From assembly GCF_017876815.1 (NCBI RefSeq), contig NZ_JAGIOS010000002.1, forward strand, positions 780,001 to 812,000: a DNA stretch of 32,000 bases, in the 5' to 3' direction. Below the pieces are notes generated by a model. That model had not been told where the DNA came from. It did no database searches and saw only the letters and a program-made list of their open reading frames with translations. Source of the DNA: Sinorhizobium meliloti. GTDB taxonomy: Bacteria > Pseudomonadota > Alphaproteobacteria > Rhizobiales > Rhizobiaceae. The translations under genes and the position numbers were made by a program. Below, in pieces: positions 9,836 to 19,191 of the stretch (the stretch's first letter is position 1; the number at the start of each line of letters is the position of its first letter).

Positions 9836-9991
9836 ATGGCTTGTGCAGGCTAGACGGCCGAAAGCGCCGTCGCCGCTCATAAAAACGAGGTAAAAATTTA
9901 CTGAAAATAATTGCGTCTACCCGAGTTTTGAGAAATACTCCCGCCGGGACAGAGAGGACTGTCTCGGGGAACACGATTTCGGGAGGGAACA

Positions 9992-11266
9992 ATGGACATT
10001 CAGACGCGTGCCTATCTGCCGCGTATCGCCGGGCTGGCTCTCGCGGGCGCAAGCTTCCTGGGGGTGACCGCGGCGCAGGCCAAGGAAATCACCATCTGGT
10101 GCTGGGACCCGAATTTCAACGTCGCGATCATGAAGGAGGCGGGCGCCCGCTATACGAAAACGCATCCGGACGTCACCTTCAACATCGTCGATTTCGCCAA
10201 GCTCGACGTCGAGCAGAAGCTGCAGACCGGGCTTTCGTCAGGCACCGCCGACGCGCTCCCCGACATCGTGCTCATCGAGGATTACGGCGCTCAGAAATAT
10301 CTTCAATCCTTCCCGGGCGCCTTCGCGCCTCTGTCCGGCACCGTCGATTATTCGGGTTTCGCCCCCTACAAGGTCGAACTCATGACCCTCGACGGGCAGG
10401 TCTACGGAATGCCTTTCGATTCCGGCGTCACGGGTCTTTATTACCGCAAGGATTATCTGGAAGCCGCAGGCTTCAAGCCGGAAGACATGCAGGATCTCAC
10501 CTGGGACCGCTTCATCGAGATCGGAAAGCAGGTCGAAGAGAAGACCGGCAAGAAGATGATGGGCCTCGACCCGAATGACGCCGGTCTCGTGCGCATCATC
10601 ATGCAATCGGCCGGGCAATGGTATTTCGACAAGGAAGGCAAGCCGAACATAGCCGGCAATGCGGCGTTGAAGGCGGCGCTCGAAACCATCGGCAAGATCA
10701 TGCAGGCGAATATCTACAAGCCCGCCAACGGCTGGTCCGACTGGGTGGGCACCTTTACCTCCGGCGACGTCGCGACCGTCGTCACGGGCGTCTGGATCAC
10801 CGGCACCGTCAAGGCGCAGCCGGACCAGTCCGGCAACTGGGGAGTAGCACCCATCCCGGCGCTCTCGATCGAAGGCGCAACCCATGCCTCCAATCTCGGC
10901 GGCTCGAGCTGGTACGTGCTCGAAAGCTCCGAAGAAAAGGCGGAAGCCATCGACTTCCTGAACGAGATCTACGCCAAGGACATCGATTTCTATCAGAAGA
11001 TCCTGCAGGACCGGGGTGCAGTCGGCTCGCTGCTCGCCGCCCGCGGCGGCGCAGCCTATGAGGCGGCCGACCCCTTCTTCGGCGGCGAGAAGGTCTGGCA
11101 GAACTTCTCCGACTGGCTGGCGAAAGTCCCCTCGGTCAATTACGGCATCTTCACCAACGAGGCGGATCTCGCCGTCACTGCGCAACTCCCGGCCGTGACG
11201 CAGGGAACGCCGGTCGACGAGGTGCTGCAGGCGATCGAGGCCGAGGTCAGCGCACAGATCCAGTGA
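9992..11266 (+). CDS. lacE: Family-1 extracellular sugar-binding protein of a CUT1 ABC transporter (lactose-type), 424 aa
   Basis: The signal peptide is MDIQTRAYLPRIAGLALAGASFLGVTAAQA and GGGAGGG Shine-Dalgarno precedes the start. Two MalFG-type permeases, a GH2 enzyme and a MalK-type ATPase follow, matching the lacEFGZK order known from Agrobacterium/Sinorhizobium. Confidence 0.85.
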   Translation: MDIQTRAYLPRIAGLALAGASFLGVTAAQAKEITIWCWDPNFNVAIMKEAGARYTKTHPDVTFNIVDFAKLDVEQKLQTGLSSGTADALPDIVLIEDYGAQKYLQSFPGAFAPLSGTVDYSGFAPYKVELMTLDGQVYGMPFDSGVTGLYYRKDYLEAAGFKPEDMQDLTWDRFIEIGKQVEEKTGKKMMGLDPNDAGLVRIIMQSAGQWYFDKEGKPNIAGNAALKAALETIGKIMQANIYKPANGWSDWVGTFTSGDVATVVTGVWITGTVKAQPDQSGNWGVAPIPALSIEGATHASNLGGSSWYVLESSEEKAEAIDFLNEIYAKDIDFYQKILQDRGAVGSLLAARGGAAYEAADPFFGGEKVWQNFSDWLAKVPSVNYGIFTNEADLAVTAQLPAVTQGTPVDEVLQAIEAEVSAQIQ

Positions 11267-11278
11267 TGCGGTGGATGG

Positions 11279-11325
11279 CGGCGGGCATGCGCCCGCCGTT
11301 TCCGGCCGCGGCTCTTGCCGCGGCC
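11279..11325 (+). promoter_or_regulatory. Two tandem GC-rich stem-loops in the lacE-lacF intercistronic gap
   Basis: Stem 1 is CGGCGGGC (11279-11286) paired with GCCCGCCG (11291-11298), loop ATGC. Stem 2 is GGCCGCGGC (11304-11312) paired with GCCGCGGCC (11317-11325), loop TCTT. Only short T-runs follow. Confidence 0.55.
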
Positions 11326-11359
11326 AATTTCCGGCTGTCCGGCCTTCCAGGAGGGGAAC

Positions 11360-12256
11360 ATGGTTCGAGCGCGCCGCGGTATCGGCCGATATTACGACGT
11401 CAATGGCTGGCTGTTCGTCGCCCCGGCGCTGGGGCTGATCACCCTTTTCATGGTCTATCCCATCGCGTGGTCGCTCTGGATGTCGTTCCAGTCCGGCCGC
11501 GGCATGACGCTGAAGTTCGCGGGCTTCGCAAACATCGTTCGGCTCTGGAATGATCCGGTCTTCATCAAGGCGCTCACCAACACGATGACCTATTTCGTCG
11601 TGCAGGTGCCGATCATGATCCTGCTCGCGCTGATCCTGGCGTCGCTCCTCAACAATCCCCGGCTCGTCGGCCGAGGGGTTTTCCGCACGGCGATCTTCCT
11701 GCCCTGCGTCAGTTCGCTGGTCGCCTATTCGGTGCTCTTCAAGGGCATGTTCGCAACCGACGGGATCGTCAATTCGACGCTCCAGGCGATCGGTCTCGCC
11801 GCCTCGCCCATTCCGTGGCTGACGCATCCCTTCTGGGCGAAGGTTCTCGTCATTCTTGCCATCACCTGGCGCTGGACCGGCTACAACATGATCTTCTATC
11901 TTGCGGCACTTCAGAACATCGACAAGTCAATCTACGAGGTGGCGCGCATCGACGGCGTTCCGGCCTGGGCGCGCTTCACCCACCTCACCATCCCTCTGCT
12001 GAAGCCGGTCATCCTCTTCACGACAGTCATTTCGACGATCGGCACGCTGCAGCTTTTCGACGAGGTCTATAACCTGACCGAGGGCAAGGGCGGCCCGTCC
12101 AATGCCACGCTCACCCTGTCGCTCTACATCTACAACCTGACCTTCCGCTTCATGCCGAACCTGGGTTATGCGGCGACGGTCTCCTATGTCATCGTCGTCC
12201 TCGTCGCGCTCCTCGCCTTCGTGCAGTTCTTCGCAGCAAGGGAGCGTGACCGATGA
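11360..12256 (+). CDS. lacF: Sugar ABC transporter permease (MalF/LacF-type), 298 aa
   Basis: I trimmed track ORF 11315..12256 to the ATG at 11360 (MVRARRGIGRYYDVNGWLFVAPALG), which is preceded by AGGAGGGG. The protein shows a multi-TM pattern and an EAA-loop region (YLAALQNIDKSIYEVARIDG). Confidence 0.85.
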   Translation: MVRARRGIGRYYDVNGWLFVAPALGLITLFMVYPIAWSLWMSFQSGRGMTLKFAGFANIVRLWNDPVFIKALTNTMTYFVVQVPIMILLALILASLLNNPRLVGRGVFRTAIFLPCVSSLVAYSVLFKGMFATDGIVNSTLQAIGLAASPIPWLTHPFWAKVLVILAITWRWTGYNMIFYLAALQNIDKSIYEVARIDGVPAWARFTHLTIPLLKPVILFTTVISTIGTLQLFDEVYNLTEGKGGPSNATLTLSLYIYNLTFRFMPNLGYAATVSYVIVVLVALLAFVQFFAARERDR

Positions 12257-13071
12257 ACGGATTTGGACGTTTCGCGGCGATGGCAGCCACCTATGGCTTC
12301 CTCGGCCTGATGGCCTTCCTCTCCGTCTTTCCGTTCATCTGGATGGTGCTCGGCGCAACCAATTCGTCGATCGACATCATCAAGGGCAAGCTCCTGCCGG
12401 GCGCAGCCTTTGCAACCAATGTCGCCAACTTCTTCACGCTGGTGAACGTGCCGCTCGTCTTCTGGAACTCGGCCAAGATCGCGATCGTTGCGACCGTGCT
12501 CACGCTCGCCGTCTCCTCGCTCGCCGGTTACGGTTTCGAGATGTTCCGCTCGCGAAGACGCGAGCGCGTCTACCGGGCGATGCTGCTGACCCTGATGATC
12601 CCCTTCGCCGCGCTGATGATCCCGCTCTTCGTCATGATGGGGAAGGCAGGTCTCATCAACACGCATCTCGCCGTCGTCCTGCCCTCGATCGGCTCCGCCT
12701 TCGTGATCTTCTATTTCCGGCAGAGCACCAAGGCCTTCCCGTCCGAGCTGCGCGACGCGGCCAAGGTCGACGGGCTCAAGGAATGGCAGATATTCCTATT
12801 CATCTACGTGCCGGTCGTGCGTTCGACCTATGCGGCCGCCTTCGTCATCGTCTTCATGACCGCATGGAACAACTATCTCTGGCCGCTGATCGTGCTCCAG
12901 ACCAATGAGACCAAGACGATCACGCTGGTCATCTCGTCGCTCGCCTCCGCCTACTACCCCGATTACGGCGTGGTCATGGTCGGGACGATTCTCGCGACAC
13001 TGCCGACGCTTGCCGTTTTCTTCTTCATGCAACGCCAGTTCGTCCAGGGCATGCTGGGCTCAGTCAAATAG
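12253..13071 (+). CDS. lacG: Sugar ABC transporter permease (MalG/LacG-type), 272 aa
   Basis: An ATGA overlap links it to the lacF stop. The EAA-type loop is FRQSTKAFPSELRDAAKVDG. The protein is hydrophobic throughout. Confidence 0.88.
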   Translation: MNGFGRFAAMAATYGFLGLMAFLSVFPFIWMVLGATNSSIDIIKGKLLPGAAFATNVANFFTLVNVPLVFWNSAKIAIVATVLTLAVSSLAGYGFEMFRSRRRERVYRAMLLTLMIPFAALMIPLFVMMGKAGLINTHLAVVLPSIGSAFVIFYFRQSTKAFPSELRDAAKVDGLKEWQIFLFIYVPVVRSTYAAAFVIVFMTAWNNYLWPLIVLQTNETKTITLVISSLASAYYPDYGVVMVGTILATLPTLAVFFFMQRQFVQGMLGSVK

Positions 13072-13076
13072 GAACG

Positions 13077-15344
13077 ATGATGCGCTCTGTTACTTCCTTC
13101 AATGATTCATGGGTCTTCTCCGAAGGCTTCGACGCCGCCGACGCCGGAACGCTCCGGGCGGGTCAGCCGATCAGCCTGCCGCACAATGCCGTCGAACTGC
13201 CGTTCAACTATTTCGACGAGAGATGCTACCAGCGCGCCTTCACCTACCAGAGGGTTCTTGCCTGGCACCCGGACTTCTCCGGGCGCGAGGTCTCGCTCGT
13301 CTTCGACGCGGCAATGGCCGATACGGTCGTGTATCTCAACGGCGAAGAGATCGTGGCGCATAGGGACGGCTACACGCCTTTCGAGGCGCGCCTGACGGAC
13401 AGGCTCCTGGAAGGCGACAATCTCATCACGGTGAAGATCGACGGCAGCGAAAATCCGGAGATCCCGCCTTTCGGCGGCCGGATCGACTATCTGACCTATG
13501 CCGGTATCTATCGCGACGTCTGGCTGAAGGTCACCGATCCGGTTTCGATCGCCAATATCAAGATCGAAACCCGCGACGTGCTCTCCGACACCAAGGCCGT
13601 CTCCCTCCGGTGTGACCTTTCCAATCCGCAAGGGCTATCCTTCTCCGGCACGATCTCGGCGCTCCTCAAGAATGCGGCCGGCGAAGTGCTGGCCGAGGTC
13701 GCCGGCGAGACGACCGGCCAGAGCCTCGCCTTTGAAATGGACGGCCTCAGGGGCCTTTCCCTTTGGGATATCGATGATCCGGTGCTCTACGTGATCGAAG
13801 TCGAGCTCAGGACCGGTCACGGCTCCGACCGCTTCGCCGCGCATTTCGGCTTCCGCACGGCGGAGTTCACGACCGAAGGCTTCCGGCTCAATGGCCGCCC
13901 GCTGAAGATCCGCGGGCTGAACCGTCACCAATCCTTCCCCTATGTCGGCTACGCCATGGGGCGCACCGCCCAGGAGCGCGACGCTGACATCATGAAGCAC
14001 AGGCTTCACTGCAATCTCGTGCGCACCTCGCATTACCCGCAGTCGAAATGGTTCCTCGACCATTGCGACCGCATCGGGCTCCTCGTCTTCGAAGAAATCC
14101 CCGGCTGGCAGCATATCGGTGGGGAGGAATGGAAACAGGAGGCAATCCGGAACGTCCGCCGCATGATCGAGCGCGACTGGAACCACCCGTCGATCGTCAT
14201 CTGGGGCGTGCGCATCAACGAGTCGCAGGATTCGCACGACTTCTATGCCGAGACCAATCGCCTCGCCCGCGAGCTCGACCCGACACGGCAGACGGGCGGC
14301 GTGCGCTACATCACCGACAGCGAATTTTTGGAAGACGTCTACACGATGAACGACTTCATCCTCGGCAACGAGGAACTGCCGGGCTCGAACCGGCCGCGCA
14401 CGGCTCTTCGCCCGCAGCAGGAATGTACCGGGCTTCCCCGCAAGGTGCCCTATCTCATCACCGAATTCGGCGGCCACATGTATCCGACGAAGATCTATGA
14501 TCAGGAGCAGCGCCAGGCCGAGCATGTTCGCCGGCACCTGGAGGTGCTGAATGCGGCCTATGGCGATCCCGGCATCTCCGGTGCGATCGGCTGGTGCATG
14601 TTCGACTACAACACCCACAAGGATTTCGGCTCCGGCGACCGGATCTGCTATCACGGCGTCATGGACATGTTCCGCGAGCCGAAATTCGCGGCCTATGTCT
14701 ATGCCAGCCAGTGCGATCCCTCCGAGGAAATCGTGATGAAGCCGGTGACCTTCTGGGCGCGCGGTGAGCGCAACATCGGCGGCGTGCTGCCCTTGATCGT
14801 GCTGACGAATTGCGACGAGATCGAATTGAAATACGGCTCGCTTACCAAGCGCGTCGGCCCGGATCGCGAGAATTTCCCGCACCTGCCGCATCCACCGGTC
14901 GTCATCGACCACCGCCACTTCACCAAGGACGAGCTCGGAGTCTGGGGCATGAAGTGGGAGAGCGCGGAATTTACCGGCTTCATCGCCGGCAAGCCGGTCG
15001 CCGATCTCCGCATGGCCGCCGACCCCGTGCCTACGACGCTTCAGGTCGAGGCGGACAGCAAGACGCTCCGTGCCGAAGGCCGCGACAGCGTTCGCGTCAT
15101 CCTGCGCGCGCTCGACCAGGCCGGCAACGTCCTGCCTTTCCTGAACGATGCGGTCGACATCGAGATTCATGGTCCGGCGCGCCTCGTCGGACCGGCCCGC
15201 ATCGTCCTCCAGGGCGGTTCCGCCGGTTTCTGGCTGGAGTCCACGGGCGCCGCCGGCGCCATCGTCGTCTCGGTCGCGTCGTCGCGGCTCGGCGCGGCGA
15301 AGCTCGACCTCGTCGCCCTGGCGGACGGAGCGGCGAGCGCATGA
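13077..15344 (+). CDS. lacZ: Glycoside hydrolase family 2 beta-galactosidase, 755 aa
   Basis: GH2 signatures are present: [35 protein letters not shown] (acid/base Glu region) and LITEFGGH (nucleophile Glu region). The gene is embedded in the transporter operon. Confidence 0.88.
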   Translation: MMRSVTSFNDSWVFSEGFDAADAGTLRAGQPISLPHNAVELPFNYFDERCYQRAFTYQRVLAWHPDFSGREVSLVFDAAMADTVVYLNGEEIVAHRDGYTPFEARLTDRLLEGDNLITVKIDGSENPEIPPFGGRIDYLTYAGIYRDVWLKVTDPVSIANIKIETRDVLSDTKAVSLRCDLSNPQGLSFSGTISALLKNAAGEVLAEVAGETTGQSLAFEMDGLRGLSLWDIDDPVLYVIEVELRTGHGSDRFAAHFGFRTAEFTTEGFRLNGRPLKIRGLNRHQSFPYVGYAMGRTAQERDADIMKHRLHCNLVRTSHYPQSKWFLDHCDRIGLLVFEEIPGWQHIGGEEWKQEAIRNVRRMIERDWNHPSIVIWGVRINESQDSHDFYAETNRLARELDPTRQTGGVRYITDSEFLEDVYTMNDFILGNEELPGSNRPRTALRPQQECTGLPRKVPYLITEFGGHMYPTKIYDQEQRQAEHVRRHLEVLNAAYGDPGISGAIGWCMFDYNTHKDFGSGDRICYHGVMDMFREPKFAAYVYASQCDPSEEIVMKPVTFWARGERNIGGVLPLIVLTNCDEIELKYGSLTKRVGPDRENFPHLPHPPVVIDHRHFTKDELGVWGMKWESAEFTGFIAGKPVADLRMAADPVPTTLQVEADSKTLRAEGRDSVRVILRALDQAGNVLPFLNDAVDIEIHGPARLVGPARIVLQGGSAGFWLESTGAAGAIVVSVASSRLGAAKLDLVALADGAASA

Positions 15345-16411
15345 GCGAACTCCAACTCAGCGATGTCCGTAAATCCTATGGCGGTCTCGAGGTCATCAAG
15401 GGCGTCGATCTCGACATAAAGTCCGGCGAGTTCGTCGTCTTCGTCGGACCGTCCGGCTGCGGCAAGTCCACGCTGCTCCGGATGATCGCCGGGCTCGAGG
15501 AGATCACCTCCGGCGACCTGACGATCGACGACGTCCGGATGAACGATGTCGACCCGTCCAAGCGCGGGATCGCCATGGTGTTCCAGTCCTATGCGCTCTA
15601 TCCGCATATGACGGTCCGCGAGAATATGGGTTTCGCGCTCCGTTTCGCGGGCGTCCCCAGGGCCGAGATCGAGAAGCGGGTGAACGAGGCCGCCCATATC
15701 TTGGAACTCGGGGCGCTGCTCGACCGCAAGCCGAAGCAGCTTTCGGGCGGCCAGCGCCAGCGCGTGGCGATCGGCCGGGCGATCGTCCGCCATCCGAAGA
15801 TCTTTCTCTTCGACGAGCCGCTTTCCAATCTCGATGCGGAGCTGCGCGTGCATATGCGCATCGAGATCGCGCGGCTGCACAAGCAGCTCGCCACCACCAT
15901 CGTCTACGTGACGCATGATCAGGTCGAGGCGATGACGCTCGCCGACAAGATCGTCGTCATGCGCGCCGGCGTGGTCGAACAGGTGGGCTCGCCCCTCGAC
16001 CTCTATGACGACCCGGCCAACCTCTTCGTCGCCGGCTTCATCGGGTCGCCGAAGATGAATTTCCTGAAGGGCGTGATTGAAATCGACAAGGACCAGGCCT
16101 ATGCGCGCCTGCCGGACTATGGAAACACGAAGATCCCCGTCACCCTGCAGGCGGCGGCGGGAACTGCGGTGACGATCGGCATCCGGCCCGAGCATTTCGA
16201 TGAAGCCGGTCCTGCAGCGCTGGACCTCACCATCGACATGCTGGAACATCTCGGCGGCGAGACGTTCGCCTATGCCCGCCACGGCAATGGCGAGCTGATC
16301 GTCGTCGAAACGAAGAACGGCCGCGGCCTTAGGGCCGGTGACCGCCTGACAGCCCGCTTCGATCCGGTTTCGGTTCTGGTGTTCGACGGAGAGGGAAAAC
16401 GGCTGCGTTAG
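15341..16411 (+). CDS. lacK: Sugar ABC transporter ATP-binding protein (MalK/UgpC-type), 356 aa
   Basis: I trimmed track ORF 14810..16411 to the ATG at 15341 ([15 protein letters not shown]...), which forms an ATGA overlap with the lacZ stop. It has Walker [10 protein letters not shown], signature LSGGQRQR and Walker [13 protein letters not shown]. Confidence 0.9.
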   Translation: MSELQLSDVRKSYGGLEVIKGVDLDIKSGEFVVFVGPSGCGKSTLLRMIAGLEEITSGDLTIDDVRMNDVDPSKRGIAMVFQSYALYPHMTVRENMGFALRFAGVPRAEIEKRVNEAAHILELGALLDRKPKQLSGGQRQRVAIGRAIVRHPKIFLFDEPLSNLDAELRVHMRIEIARLHKQLATTIVYVTHDQVEAMTLADKIVVMRAGVVEQVGSPLDLYDDPANLFVAGFIGSPKMNFLKGVIEIDKDQAYARLPDYGNTKIPVTLQAAAGTAVTIGIRPEHFDEAGPAALDLTIDMLEHLGGETFAYARHGNGELIVVETKNGRGLRAGDRLTARFDPVSVLVFDGEGKRLR

Positions 16412-16424
16412 TGACGCAGTTTCC
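16403..16424 (+). terminator. Weak candidate terminator hairpin overlapping the lacK stop
   Basis: CTGCGT (16403-16408) pairs with ACGCAG (16414-16419) around loop TAGTG, followed by TTTCC. The stem is short and the T-tract is short. Confidence 0.25.
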
Positions 16425-16472
16425 GGGAATTGATCTAATGTCGCCACTCACGAATCAAGGGAGTGAACAGCG

Positions 16473-17249
16473 ATGCGTATTGGCTTCATCGGCACCGGCG
16501 CCATCACCGAAGCGATGGTGACGGGCATCGTCGGCTCCGGGCTCGACGTCGCCGGGATTCTCGTCTCCCCGCGCAACCGGGAGATTGCTGCCCGGCTTGC
16601 CGGCCGCTTCCCGCTCGTTCGGATCGTCAAGGACAATCAGCAAGCGGTGGACGCGGCCGACGTGCTGTTCCTCGCCGTGCGTCCTCAAATCGCCGAGGAC
16701 GTGATCCCCAAGCTCAAGTTCCGCAAGGGCCAGAAGGTCGTCAGCGTCATTGCCGCCACCGACCGTCCGACGCTCCTCGGCTGGATCGGCGAGGAGGTGG
16801 AGCTCACGCAGGCAATCCCCCTGCCCTTCGTCGCCGAGCGCGAGGGCGTGACGGCGATCTATCCGCCGAACCGCGCCGTTGCCGCGATCTTCGCGGCACT
16901 CGGAACAGCGGTCGAATGCGAAACCAGGGAGGAATACGATCTGCTTGCCGTCGGAAGCGCTCTGATGGCGACCTATCTCGGCATTCTCGACCGGACGACC
17001 GCCTGGTTCGCCGAGAAGGGTCTCCACCGCGACAAGGCACGCGCCTATATCGCGCCGCTCTTTGCCAGCCTCGCGCAGAGGGCGGTCAGGGACGAGGGGA
17101 CGCCGCTCGAAGAACTCGCCCGCGAATTTTCGACCAAGGGCGGATTGAACGAGCAGGTTCTGACGGATTTCGACCGCGGTGGCGGCCACCGGGCGCTGAC
17201 GGATGCGCTCGAACGCGTGCTGCTGCGGGTGCGCGGCGACGACCGGTAA
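16473..17249 (+). CDS. Pyrroline-5-carboxylate reductase-family NAD(P)-dependent oxidoreductase (ProC-like), 258 aa
   Basis: The N-terminal dinucleotide fold is MRIGFIGTGAITEAM, and the C-terminal dimerisation-domain motif is STKGGLNEQVL. AAGGGAG Shine-Dalgarno precedes the start. Confidence 0.7.
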   Translation: MRIGFIGTGAITEAMVTGIVGSGLDVAGILVSPRNREIAARLAGRFPLVRIVKDNQQAVDAADVLFLAVRPQIAEDVIPKLKFRKGQKVVSVIAATDRPTLLGWIGEEVELTQAIPLPFVAEREGVTAIYPPNRAVAAIFAALGTAVECETREEYDLLAVGSALMATYLGILDRTTAWFAEKGLHRDKARAYIAPLFASLAQRAVRDEGTPLEELAREFSTKGGLNEQVLTDFDRGGGHRALTDALERVLLRVRGDDR

Positions 17250-17255
17250 AGGTCT

Positions 17256-18161
17256 TCAAAGCTCGGTGCCGAGACCCGCATGGCGCCGAAAACGCCCGGC
17301 GGCGAAGTCCACGAAGGCGCGCACCCTTGCCGAGACCATGCGGCCTTCCGCATGCACGATGTGGATCGGCACCGGCTCGCGCTCGTAGTCGGCAAGAACG
17401 ACCTTGAGCCTGCCGGCACTCACATCGGGTGCCACCTGGTAGGACTGAAACCGGGACAATCCCCAGCCCGCCACAGCCGCGGCAAGGACCGCGTCATTGG
17501 TGTTGCAGATGAGACGAGGGCTGATCGGAACGCGGATATTGTTGTCGCGTCCGAAGAGCCATTCGGAGTGGCCGAAGAGGCCCTCGCGCCCGATGATCCG
17601 ATGACGGGCAAGCTCCTGCGGGCTGCCGGGATCGCCGAAGCGGGCGAAATAATCCGGCGAGCCGCAAAGCACCTGCCGGACCGAGCCGATCCGGCGCGCA
17701 ACGAGCCCGGAGGCCGGGAGCGAGGCAATGCGGATCGCCACATCCAGCCCTTCGTCGACCAGGTTGGTCACGCGGTCGACGAAGATGGTCTTTACCTGCA
17801 TAGCCGGATAGTGATCGAGGAAATCGAGGATGACGGGGAGCACGTGGATGCGCCCGAAGAGCGCGGGCGCCGTTACCGTGAGCAACCCCGCCGGAGCGGT
17901 GAAACTGCCAGCCGCATTGGCTTCCGCCTCGGCGATTTCCCCGAGGATACGCCGGCAATCGGCCACATAACCTTCGCCCGCCGCAGTCAGTTTCAACGAG
18001 CGCGTGGTGCGGACCAGAAGCCGTGTCCCGATCAGGTCCTCCAGCTTCGCCACCGCTCGGGTGACCGATGGCGGACTCATATGCAGCACCTTGGCGGCCG
18101 GCGCGAACCCGCCGCTTTCGACCACCTGCACGAAGACCCGCATCGCCTGCCAGCGATCCAT
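17256..18161 (-). CDS. LysR-family transcriptional regulator, 301 aa
   Basis: The N-terminal wHTH is MDRWQAMRVFVQVVESGGFAPAAKVLHMSPPSVTRAVAKLEDLIGTRLLVRTTR. It is divergent from a GST gene. Confidence 0.88.
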   Translation of the reverse strand: MDRWQAMRVFVQVVESGGFAPAAKVLHMSPPSVTRAVAKLEDLIGTRLLVRTTRSLKLTAAGEGYVADCRRILGEIAEAEANAAGSFTAPAGLLTVTAPALFGRIHVLPVILDFLDHYPAMQVKTIFVDRVTNLVDEGLDVAIRIASLPASGLVARRIGSVRQVLCGSPDYFARFGDPGSPQELARHRIIGREGLFGHSEWLFGRDNNIRVPISPRLICNTNDAVLAAAVAGWGLSRFQSYQVAPDVSAGRLKVVLADYEREPVPIHIVHAEGRMVSARVRAFVDFAAGRFRRHAGLGTEL

Positions 18162-18216
18162 CGATTACACCTCGATTATTGCACCAACTGAAATGGTCTA
18201 GTGTTTTCATCAGAGC

Positions 18217-18235
18217 TTATCAACTCCGCGGATAA
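18217..18235. promoter_or_regulatory. Candidate LysR box (ATC-N9-GAT type) in the LysR/GST divergent promoter region
   Basis: TTATC-N9-GATAA is a perfect 5-bp inverted repeat. It lies 42 bp upstream of the GST ATG and 56 bp upstream of the LysR ATG. Confidence 0.5.
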
Positions 18236-18276
18236 CAATCATCTTGAGGTCGTTCCATCGATTCAACGAGGCCGAC

Positions 18277-18888
18277 ATGAAGCTCTATCACCATCCCCTC
18301 TCCGGCCACGCGCACCGCGCCCGCCTGTTCCTCTCGCTGCTCGGTATCGAGCATGAGCTGGTGGTCGTCGATTTCGCCAGGAGAGAGCACAAGCAAGCGG
18401 ATTTCCTGAAGCTCAATTCCTTCGGTCAGGTTCCGGTGCTCGACGACGCCGGCACGATCATCTCGGATTCCAACGCCATTCTCGTCTATCTGGCAAAGAA
18501 GACCGGCCGCACGGACTGGCTGCCGGAAGACGCCGCCGGGGCGGCTGCCGTTCAGCGCTGGCTTTCGGTGGCTGCCGGCCAGATCGCCCATGGTCCGGCC
18601 CAGGCGCGGCTCATCAACGTGTTCAAGGCACCCTACCGACCGGAAGAGGTGATCCCCCGTTCGCATGCGATCCTGGCGCTGATCGAGCAGGAGCTGGAAG
18701 GCAGAGGCTGGATTGCCGCAGACCGGCCGACGATCGCCGATGTCGCGCTCTACAGCTACGTAGCGCGCGCCCCCGAAGGCGACGTCGATCTCCAGCCCTA
18801 TCCGGAGATCCGCGCCTGGCTCGCCCGCACCGAGGCATTGCCGGGATTCGTCGAGTTTGAAAAGACGCCGGTGGGGCTGGCGGCTTAG
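18277..18888 (+). CDS. Glutathione S-transferase, 203 aa
   Basis: I trimmed the TTG-initiated track ORF 18244..18888 to the ATG at 18277 ([24 protein letters not shown]...FGQVPVLDD...[11 protein letters not shown], a thioredoxin-like GST N-domain). Confidence 0.85.
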   Translation: MKLYHHPLSGHAHRARLFLSLLGIEHELVVVDFARREHKQADFLKLNSFGQVPVLDDAGTIISDSNAILVYLAKKTGRTDWLPEDAAGAAAVQRWLSVAAGQIAHGPAQARLINVFKAPYRPEEVIPRSHAILALIEQELEGRGWIAADRPTIADVALYSYVARAPEGDVDLQPYPEIRAWLARTEALPGFVEFEKTPVGLAA

Positions 18889-18901
18889 CGAGGCGTTATG
18901 A

Positions 18902-19136
18902 CGACGTCCGCTTGCGGGAAGCCATCTCGCACGGCACGTGCTTGAAGAGTATCGAAGGACTGCAACCGCCCTCCACCCTCATCCCTGTGCTTGTCACAGG
19001 GATCCAGCAGCGCCGCGTCTGCGGTGCGAGGAGTCCTTCAGGTCAAAGACTTGGCCTGGCTGGATTCCTGTGACAAGCACAGGAATGAGGGAGCTTGGGC
19101 AGGGGGCGGGTGTTCCCGCCGACGTCCGCTTGCGGG
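18902..19136. repeat. Composite intergenic repeat: a 17-bp perfect direct repeat flanking a pair of 33-nt inverted arms, each with its own hairpin
   Basis: The direct repeat is CGACGTCCGCTTGCGGG at 18902-18918 and 19120-19136. The left arm is CCCTCATCCCTGTGCTTGTCACAGGGATCCAGC (18976-19008). The right arm (19059-19091) is its reverse complement with 2 mismatches. Each arm contains a CCTGTG...CACAGG sub-palindrome. Confidence 0.8.
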
Positions 19137-19191
19137 TATGCGAACGAGCTCACAGATCCCCAACATTCACGCAACCAAGGGAACAATCGTC

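Noticed and set aside
10238-11827. 529-aa minus-strand ORF opposite lacE/lacF. Similar long antisense ORFs lie at 13635..15170, 15167..16447, 17280..18191, 5525..6904, 717..2006, 22..765, 22359..23045 and 7809..8855.
   Set aside because: All are antisense to genes with clear family signatures and translational coupling on the other strand. Their R/D/H/G-rich compositions are characteristic of GC-rich reverse frames.
12464-12489. GGAAC-N17-CGTT match to the EcfG consensus inside lacG
   Set aside because: It lies within a coding region about 590 bp upstream of the next gene start (lacZ at 13077). With the relaxed pattern (N16/17, C/GGTT), roughly one chance hit is expected in a window this size. 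I do not call it a promoter, although an internal stress promoter for lacZ-lacK cannot be excluded without TSS data.
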